Shown here piece after piece: positions 35,880 through 43,401 of a stretch of DNA of 43,401 bases. The position numbers and the translations under genes are program-made. The stretch's first letter is position 1. The number at the start of each line of letters is the position of its first letter. The stretch covers positions 1-43,401 of the forward strand of contig UYFQ01000484.1 in assembly GCA_900617105.1 (NCBI GenBank), given 5' to 3'. The notes under the pieces were generated by a model that saw only the letters and a program-made list of their open reading frames with translations, was not told where the DNA came from and did no database searches. The DNA is from Hydrurus foetidus (Eukaryota).

Positions 35880-37543
35880 ATGTTCTCCAGCGATGATGAT
35901 TGGAACGTCGAGGATGAGCTGAGCCTCGATTTCTCCTGTATGTCAAGCCCTGAGAAAAAGCCTCGTGTCGAGGTTTTGTCTTTCGATAGCAAAATGACGT
36001 TTAATGGATATGATTACACGAAAAAAACTACCGCCACAAACGGTGGCCATGCATTTTACCAGTGCAAAAGCTACCGTGGGCCACATTATTGCAAGGCCTC
36101 CATTAAGTATACATCGGAAGGAGTCATTATTGAGAGAGAGACAGTGCACACCTGCAAACAAAACGGCCAGCTAAAGAGTATCAAGGTTGGGGAGATCAAT
36201 GATGTTCAGGCGGAAATGAAGCAGATGATCATTGATAGCTATTTAGACGACGCCACAAAGAGCGCTACTGAAGTTGCCAAGCACGTTTTCGAAACTACGG
36301 TGCAAAAATACGAAGGAAATTTTTTTAGATTACACTGCAACATGGTTGGAATCTAAATTGCGAACTACTACCAAATTACAGGCACGGCAACAAAGACTTT
36401 GGGACATCCCCAACTTCTTGCATATGTGTATCAAGTTCGCACAAAGGAATTTGGCGATTGGATTTCCAAAATTCACGCACATCCCATGCGCTCCTGCTCA
36501 GTCTCCGACGAGCGCACGTTCCTGAAGTTCTTCTTAAATCACTCTACAGCCACAGACATGGAGACAATTGTTGGATGGGGTCACCCAGATTTAATTCATT
36601 TGATGAAGTATGGAGCATGTCCCATGTTCGTAGACTGCACCTTTTCATGCGTCCCCAAAGGGTTCAAACAGCTTCTGATAGTCATGATCTATACGGCTGC
36701 TACAGGTACTTACGAACTATACGCGTGTGCGTTCCTTTTATTATGAATTAATTAAACCGGGTAAGGTTCGGGTAAAGTTCCTGGGTTCTGGAATTTAGCT
36801 AATTTACATTTTTAAATTCAATTACCATACGTACAGGAATGTACGTGCCTATCTATTACGTGCTACTGCAGAACAAAAAGGAATCGACTTACAAGCTGGC
36901 CTTGGAGGCTTGCGTATGCTCTAGTGAGGGTAAAATGCAAGCTACCACCTACACCTCCGATTTCGAGCAGGCCATTATGTCCACCATGAGAGCACAATTC
37001 CCAACTGGGCTTGCTGTCGGATGCCTCTTTCACTGGAAGCAGGCGATCAAAAGAAGACTGGGGGAATTCCACATCCCAAAGCCACTGATCAAAGAGCTCA
37101 TCGGAACGAATGGAGTCATGAACATATTGACCGCGATTCCCATTGAAGAGATAATCCCCAAAGGGATCCCATACTGCAGACGCGGCTTCGACGAGTCTTC
37201 ACATCAGCCCCAATTCGACTCGTTCTGGGATTACTTTGTCAAGACATGGATGGTTAGATATAATCCAAAAGTCTGGAACGTGCATTCATTTGCATCTGAG
37301 AATTCTGAATTTACCTTGATTAATAGGACAAACAATCCCCTAGAAAGATTCAATCGTAAAATGAATGATTCTTTTCCCACTCCCCACCCTACGATGACTT
37401 CTTTTGTTGAGACAATTCGACAGATTTCTGATGATTATGTGAATGACTTAACTAGAATCGCTGAGGGTACTATGTGCAAGCCAGTTCATTTGCCACCAAC
37501 TGTCTATTCCATACCGGAGTCGTACCGCACTTTTACACCATAA
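35880..37543 (+). CDS. FLYWCH-MULE transposase, 3 exons
   Basis: FLYWCH-like FNGYDY..FYQC..C..HTC, FVDCTF, SDFEQA, GCLFHWKQA and RTNNPLERFN. Intron 36706-36836 is canonical; the donor of the first intron is not. Confidence 0.88.
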
Positions 37544-37742
37544 TTTACTATTTTTAAATTCCTCTAAGAGTGCCTGTAATCTCAATAAAATTAGGTTCTT
37601 AATTCGCCACAGTTTTTTCGCTATAACTTTTGAAATAAGTGTCTAGAGTGAATTCTGAGCTCAGTACAGTACTCCAAGTATCTTAGAGAAAATCTCCGAT
37701 CAAAAGTGCATGGAATAGTCCGGATAAAAAATCAGCGACAGC

Positions 37743-37894
37743 CCGGATAGAAAACCAGTGTTTTTAACTACCCTGGAGGGATTTTAAAAATTGACCCTTA
37801 ATGACCCCCAAAAAATGACCGGATAGAAAACCAGTGTTTTTAACTTCCCTGGAGGGATTTTAAAAATTGACCCTGAATGACCCCCAAAAAATGA
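37743..37894. repeat. 76-bp tandem duplication in the MULE right arm
   Basis: CCGGATAGAAAACCAGTG...CAAAAAATGA twice, with about 2 mismatches. Confidence 0.92.
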
Positions 37895-37986
37895 CCTTGA
37901 ATGACCCTCTATTATTTTGACCCTGAATGACCCCCCAAAGGGCCATTGAGGGTCATAAAAAAACGAGGGTCATTCAGGGTCAAAAG

Positions 37987-38462
37987 TAGGGTTTTGTCGG
38001 GCCCGACTCAAAAAACGGCTCTTTTGGCAAGCAGTAAAAAAGCCGTTTTTGGCGGTGTTCGCAAGATTTTAGAAAGCTCTGCCAAATTGCCAGAGGGCCT
38101 AATTATCCGGTGTTTTCCTACGAAATACGGTTTTAACCGGAGTTCCGGCTAAAATTAAGCCGCAAGAGGAGATTGTTGACCGGTATTTACGGTATTTTAT
38201 ACTGAAAATACGGTATGATTCAGTCAGATCTCCGGTCAAACGGTCCGTTAGCCGGAATCTGAAGGGAATTATGACGTCAAATCGCACCCTCCCTTTGTCT
38301 CCATGACGTGTAAGTGCGTTCTAGGGCTTATGATGATGACTCCAATCATTTTCCGTAACTAAATTTCAAATCTGGACATTATTACAGCTTTTGGCAAATT
38401 GGCACGAAAAATCTTGCCAAAAGTGCCCCTTTTTTGGGGGAGGGGGGCACGACAAAGCCCTA
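37987..38462. mobile_element. hAT-type non-autonomous element, 476 bp
   Basis: TAGGG...CCCTA termini with a ~45-bp imperfect TIR and a perfect 8-bp TSD GTCAAAAG. Confidence 0.9.
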
Positions 38463-38504
38463 GTCAAAAGGCCATTCAGGGTCAATATTATAAAATACCC
38501 TATT

Positions 38505-38715
38505 GGGTGACAACGTTTATTCCCCGAAACCCAGACCCCCAGATTTTGGGTGGAATTTTTGAAAAATCTGGAATGATTTAGGATCCTATTTCTGGGATCT
38601 CAGATAAATCTAGAAAGGGGGGGGGTCTCCAGATTTCTTGTCTAAATCCCAGAATCCCAGATTTTCAAATCCAAAATCTGGGGGTCTGGGTTTCTGGGAA
38701 TAAACGTTGTCACCC
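38505..38715. mobile_element. Harbinger-type MITE, 211 bp
   Basis: Perfect 20-bp TIR GGGTGACAACGTTTATTCCC with ATT TSD. Confidence 0.92.
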
Positions 38716-38717
38716 AT

Positions 38718-38852
38718 TGTTATGGCGCGCCATGTCGAACCCCCTGCGCCATATTATCCGGATTAGACTAGGAGGATCTTGTAGTACCCTGTGTGATGCA
38801 TGATTGTTTTCAGGCACGGGTGTACGTACATTTAGCGATAACATTGACCGCA
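38718..38852 (-). repeat. Possible short 3' LTR of the second Copia element
   Basis: TG..CA bounded, lies downstream of the RNase H stop and follows a purine-rich GCGAGGGT on minus. No second copy in the window. Confidence 0.4.
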
Positions 38853-38914
38853 ACCCTCGCACTGATGTTATGCTACCTAGAAATCAATTAAAAGACATTA
38901 TGAGGATATATATA

Positions 38915-40576
38915 TTAAGCCGACGGAATATTAAACAGTTGGCTCCGGAACCAAAGAATTTTTGATGGGCTGAGGGTCTTCGTGAGCCCGTCTGCGATCA
39001 TATCATGAGTACTGATGTGTTGTGGTATAATTTGGTGTGTCTGGTACAGCCAGCGGACGTAGTGCGATTTGAGGAAAATATGGCGGGACTTGCGTGTGAT
39101 TTGGTTGGCAGTAGTTAGATTTATAGCTGGTTGATTGTCTTCGAGGATAGTTGTTGGGTGTTGTTGCGGGAACCCGATGTCTGCGGCAAATTGCCTGAAG
39201 AATACGACGTCCTTAGCGCACCGGCCTAGGGCAAGGTATTCAGCTTCGCACGGACTCAGAGCTATACCAGATGTCTCTGCGGAGGAGTGCACAAGAAAGG
39301 GCGCATTAGTTGTACCAATTTGGATAGTATAAGCGGAGTGAGAGTGGCCATCGGGATGACAAGCGTGGGAGGAGTCTGCTGCTGCGCGAATCGTTACACC
39401 GGATGGAAAGTATTGAGGGTTGGCAGAGTAGGTGGGACCAAGGTTAGGGCAGCTTTTGAGATACCGAAGGAGGTGGATTTGTTTTGATAGATTTGATTGT
39501 GTAGGAGCGGAGTTACGTGTGCGGAGATGCACTACTTCTTTGCGGATGTCGTGCCGGATGGGTAGGAAGAACACAAGGGTTCCGTTTATTCGAAGGAAGC
39601 GTGTGCGGTCGACTGGTGTCAAGTCAGTTGGAGGATCAAAGAAATTTGGAGTAGATGGTGTGAGTGCGGTTGGGACTGAGTCCATTCCTGATTGGTGTAG
39701 AAATTTTGTGATGTGCGCGCCTTGGTCAAGAGTACAAGAGTGATCAGTATGCCGAGTTAGGCGAACCCCACAGACACCGGTGGAGGCATCGTTGAATTCG
39801 ATAGTGCCATAGCGGGCACGGAGGATGCTTTTGAGTTCTTCTCGGAGGGTGGTGGAGGTCGTCACGTACCATCCGTCATCGACGTGCATGTTAAGGGTAA
39901 GGGAATCAGTAGGACTATCCAGGCACCGCTTATGAAAGCTTTGATGGTCTGAGTTTGTAGGATTGAAGCCAGCGCTGGTTAGGATGGTGATGAGGTCTTT
40001 ATCATACTCATGGTTGGCTTGTTTAATGCCATAGCAACAGCCAGTAATTTCTGCGAGATGTCCAGCAAGAGGGCTTGGGAGGTCTGATGGAAGAATGGCA
40101 ATGAGCTGATGGCCGTTGGTCATGTCACGAGTGAGTTTGTTGTGAAGGAAGGCACCTGGGAAATCAAAGTCGCCGAAGAATAGGCGGTCGAGGCAGTTGC
40201 GGTGGGAGGCGTCTGCTAAGTAGGCACTTAGAAGGAATGCGCGGTTGGTTGTATCAGAGGTGCCGGCGTAGGTGTTGTTGTAGGACTCTGGTGGCTGACG
40301 GCTGCCATCGATGGCTAAGCGGGCGGTTACTAAACCATTGGATTTCTTCTTTATGAGCATTTGACTTCGGAGGAAAATTGCCTTGCGTTCGATACTAGAG
40401 CGAGGGATCAGCGTCAAAGACTGGTAGGTGTCGAAGTGCTTCCCGAGTTCCTTTGTGATGCCAGTGGCGATGTCGGTGGCGGGAAGGAGTAGAGAGGCTT
40501 TACGTATAGACATCTCGGCCCTGGTGGGTGGCATCGGTTGTGGTACTATGGTTGTGTGGCGATTATTAAGGGGCAT
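38915..40576 (-). CDS. Copia reverse transcriptase-RNase H (5'-truncated pol)
   Basis: ARLAIDG, DFPGAFL, CYGIKQA, HVDD, ADSSHA, SPCEAEY, EDNQPAI and IADGLTK. The frame stays open upstream only to ~40723 and contains no integrase. Confidence 0.92.
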   Translation of the reverse strand: MPLNNRHTTIVPQPMPPTRAEMSIRKASLLLPATDIATGITKELGKHFDTYQSLTLIPRSSIERKAIFLRSQMLIKKKSNGLVTARLAIDGSRQPPESYNNTYAGTSDTTNRAFLLSAYLADASHRNCLDRLFFGDFDFPGAFLHNKLTRDMTNGHQLIAILPSDLPSPLAGHLAEITGCCYGIKQANHEYDKDLITILTSAGFNPTNSDHQSFHKRCLDSPTDSLTLNMHVDDGWYVTTSTTLREELKSILRARYGTIEFNDASTGVCGVRLTRHTDHSCTLDQGAHITKFLHQSGMDSVPTALTPSTPNFFDPPTDLTPVDRTRFLRINGTLVFFLPIRHDIRKEVVHLRTRNSAPTQSNLSKQIHLLRYLKSCPNLGPTYSANPQYFPSGVTIRAAADSSHACHPDGHSHSAYTIQIGTTNAPFLVHSSAETSGIALSPCEAEYLALGRCAKDVVFFRQFAADIGFPQQHPTTILEDNQPAINLTTANQITRKSRHIFLKSHYVRWLYQTHQIIPQHISTHDMIADGLTKTLSPSKILWFRSQLFNIPSA

Positions 40577-41224
40577 ATTAGAGGGGTTGTCGAGTCGGTG
40601 TTGCCTATTTCGAGTCGCAGCAATTTGGGCGTTTTGGACCTTGCGCTGAATTGTATTTATATATGCTGAGGGGGTTGAGTTACAGTCGATGTGGTGTTTG
40701 GTGAAACTGTCAGTCCAGCATATTCATGCATGATCTGTTAGCATAGTTTCATCTGTAGATTAGCATTCACATGTCACAAGTAGTGTAGCGCTTCCTCACC
40801 CAAAACACCGCCATACACTGTTGTGTACATACGCTCATCGTTCTTCTAGCGATATCCCCCTTCGGGGCCATCACCAAGCATCCGGTTTTTCACCACCAAG
40901 CATCCGGATTCCCACCAGTTATCCGGTTTCCACCAAGCATCCGATTTCATGAGCAGCGAGGGTTCCGCCCATTGCTCAATCGCCAACTTGAATTTTTGCT
41001 GAATATGTTTCCACTTCGGCGATCACCATTTCATGCACAATGGATGCTTTGCTCTGCTTCTTTGATGGTTGTCTTCTCTGATATCATCGCCAGTTGTTTT
41101 ACTACTTGATCGTTGTAAGTAAACACGTCTTCCGAGACCACTTCCATCAGCCAGTCTTTCCTTTGCGCTTCCGCAGCCAACAGGTAGCTCGCTTCACTCC
41201 ACAGTCTGACTCACATGGTAGCGA

Positions 41225-42667
41225 TTGCATAGAAAGTTCAGCAATCATCGATATAGTATCAATATATCAACGGTATCTCATCACAACAGATATCTCAAGT
41301 CGGCCATGATGCTACGATCGTCCGACAACACAGACCAAAACAACGAGGAATACCATGACCCAACTGGGCTAGAGACTCCCAGCCGCGCCCAGCTGCCGCG
41401 CATGCTCTCCATGACCCTCGCAGAGTTCGATCAACGTGTCGCCGAGGCCATAAGAGCCCAAACTCAAAATTTGGTCACCAGCTCGACGGCAAATCGGCAA
41501 AATCCTTCGACACCAAACCGACCTCGACGAGGCTCCCATGCAGAGGAAGCCACGCCACCGCGCCAAACTTCGGCAGAAGTTTCAGCAAGTGGGCTATCAT
41601 ATAATGCCACGTTGGAATCCGTTTTGGAGCTAAAACGGCTAAAACTCGATCTCGTTCTGACGACCTCTTCCGAAATGGATAGCATCAAGCAAAACCAGAT
41701 CACCACAACGACTGTGGGATCTAACAAGCGCTTCAAAGCTCTCGACAACATGCTCGATGTCGTTGGACTCTACCCAATGGCGATGGGCACGCGTCGCGAG
41801 CCAATCCCAACGAGGCACAACCCATCAGGATACTCGGAGCCTACAACGTCGGAGAATCTTGACGGCACCTTCAATTATGTACCTGCCGACGATGTTACAC
41901 GATGGGCCCACGACAAGAAACGTCTCTACAACGTCATGTTGAACGCTTTCAGCGAGTCTACCCACTATCTATGTGCCGATTCCTTTACCTCTCGCGATGG
42001 GATCGCTATATATAAGCGTATGCACAAGCACTACTACGGACATACTGAAGCAGACATTAACCGACTTAGGCGGCTTCTACAAAACTTCAAGGGCTCCACG
42101 GCTACTTGTTTTCAAGAGGATTTAGTGAGGTTTACAACGTTGATGACAGAATTCGAGTATGCCCAGGCCAGACCGAGCACTGAGCAGGAGCGCCTTCAAT
42201 TCCTTCACAACGCCTTCATGAACGACCACCGCCCCAACACCAAATCCTACTTTATGTCCTGCCATAGCAACATGCTCACCTATCACCAAACTTTGGAGAG
42301 AGCTGTTGTATATTCCGAGTATGCCCTCCTCCAAGACAAGCCGGTCAAGATAGCTGCCTTGTCCACTACCCCTGAAGCCTGCCGCAAGTTCCTCGCTGGT
42401 ACCTGTCTTCTCGGTAACAAGTGCAAGTACTATCATGCTCCTGCTAAGCCACCGGCAGCGACACCTCCCTCTGGCAAAGCACATCCTCCTGCCCCACCTG
42501 GATCCGCTCCAGTCACGGACAAGAACCGGATCAAAGCCAAGGGCAAGTACCCTCCCAAGCAGACCTTCCCAGTGACGAGTATCGATGGCCGCGTCCCTTA
42601 CCTCAAGAGCAACATTCCCATGAAGCTACTTACCAACGGACCCAACATCAATCCTGAGGACGGATAG
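41225..42667 (+). CDS. Copia-like Gag with a CCCH zinc finger
   Basis: DGIAIYKRMHKHYYG..RLRRLLQNF resembles the Copia gag core. CRKFLAGTCLLGNKCKYYH is C-x7-C-x5-C-x3-H. Likely start is the ATG near 41306. Confidence 0.7.
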   Translation: MHRKFSNHRYSINISTVSHHNRYLKSAMMLRSSDNTDQNNEEYHDPTGLETPSRAQLPRMLSMTLAEFDQRVAEAIRAQTQNLVTSSTANRQNPSTPNRPRRGSHAEEATPPRQTSAEVSASGLSYNATLESVLELKRLKLDLVLTTSSEMDSIKQNQITTTTVGSNKRFKALDNMLDVVGLYPMAMGTRREPIPTRHNPSGYSEPTTSENLDGTFNYVPADDVTRWAHDKKRLYNVMLNAFSESTHYLCADSFTSRDGIAIYKRMHKHYYGHTEADINRLRRLLQNFKGSTATCFQEDLVRFTTLMTEFEYAQARPSTEQERLQFLHNAFMNDHRPNTKSYFMSCHSNMLTYHQTLERAVVYSEYALLQDKPVKIAALSTTPEACRKFLAGTCLLGNKCKYYHAPAKPPAATPPSGKAHPPAPPGSAPVTDKNRIKAKGKYPPKQTFPVTSIDGRVPYLKSNIPMKLLTNGPNINPEDG

Positions 42668-43401
42668 CAGAACAACACGCTTTTGGATAACGCCGAACCC
42701 TCCGGGTATGTGCGCTTCTCCCTCAACATGTTCCGAGTCACCGACACTGACCCAGCACCTCCTCCGGATACACCGTCTGATCCTCCTCTCGAGTTAGCAC
42801 TTCCGCCAGGACTCCCTCCATCAGGACACTCACCACTGCGATCTCCAACTCGTCCATCTTCTAATGCCGCCTCTCCCTTACTGCTCCGACCGTACGTACG
42901 TTCCGAACATACTCAACCAGCATCTACCCCAGTACTCCTGGGTACCCCCCCCCGACTCCTGTCGCCCCAGAGAATGCTACAGCATGGGACACGCCGCGCC
43001 ATCAGAACATCTCCTCGCCAACATATGGGACCCCAATGCAAGAAGAAGTCGATGCCTTCACACGTACCTGGGCCTTCCTCACCAATGACGAAGTCACCTC
43101 ATCCACTGTCTTCCAGGGTATCTGCCGACAATGCTCCACGTACATCCTTCAGTACTACACTGTGGTCCACCACCGCATTCATCAGCAGCCCTCTCAGCCA
43201 ATGACTTCATCATCTATGTGAACCGTCCCGCCTTGCCTGGATCCCCTACACCGGCGCCTCATATATACCTCGCTATTTTCGGCTGGGTATCCCCAACCAC
43301 CCTCAGCAACTGTCGCGCTGATGTCAGAGACGGATACTCTCGGTATATGAACCTCATCCACAAGATTGCTCGCAACCTGCTGCTCGCCAGACTGAGCCGC
43401 C

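Larger units (their letters stand above)
35533..38500 (+). mobile_element. Second MULE (FLYWCH type) with TGACCC-rich subterminal repeats
   Basis: Imperfect inverted ends GGG..TATAAT..TGACCCTGAATG and many TGACCC units at both ends. No TSD recognised, so boundaries are approximate. Confidence 0.8.

Noticed and set aside
42683..43401. Pro-rich ORF after gag as a separate gene
   Set aside because: More likely a degenerate continuation of the retroelement; no catalytic motif seen before the window ends.

Overview
Eukaryotic nuclear DNA with short (about 60-130 bp) spliceosomal introns. A stramenopile alga is my inference from the NDUFB8 and Copia types, not verified. Most of the window is nested transposable elements. 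From left to right: a degenerate chromodomain Ty3/Gypsy element (1-6775, minus); a 5'-truncated tyrosine-recombinase (DIRS/Ngaro-like) retroelement, interrupted by an apparently intact two-gene PIF/Harbinger-type transposon and bracketed by a ~460-bp direct duplication; a hypothetical spliced gene; a cluster of MITEs; a gene with a ubiquitin-like domain; a 7-exon CELF/Bruno RRM gene with a very young Copia element just upstream; NDUFB8; an intact-looking MULE carrying a candidate papain-fold peptidase; a second FLYWCH-MULE with a nested hAT-type MITE; a Harbinger-type MITE; and a Copia RT-RNaseH head-to-head with a gag that has a CCCH finger. The best leads are the peptidase-carrying MULE and the Copia whose primer-binding position is complementary to its own LTR (possible self-priming). 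I saw no rRNA, tRNA or CRISPR array.
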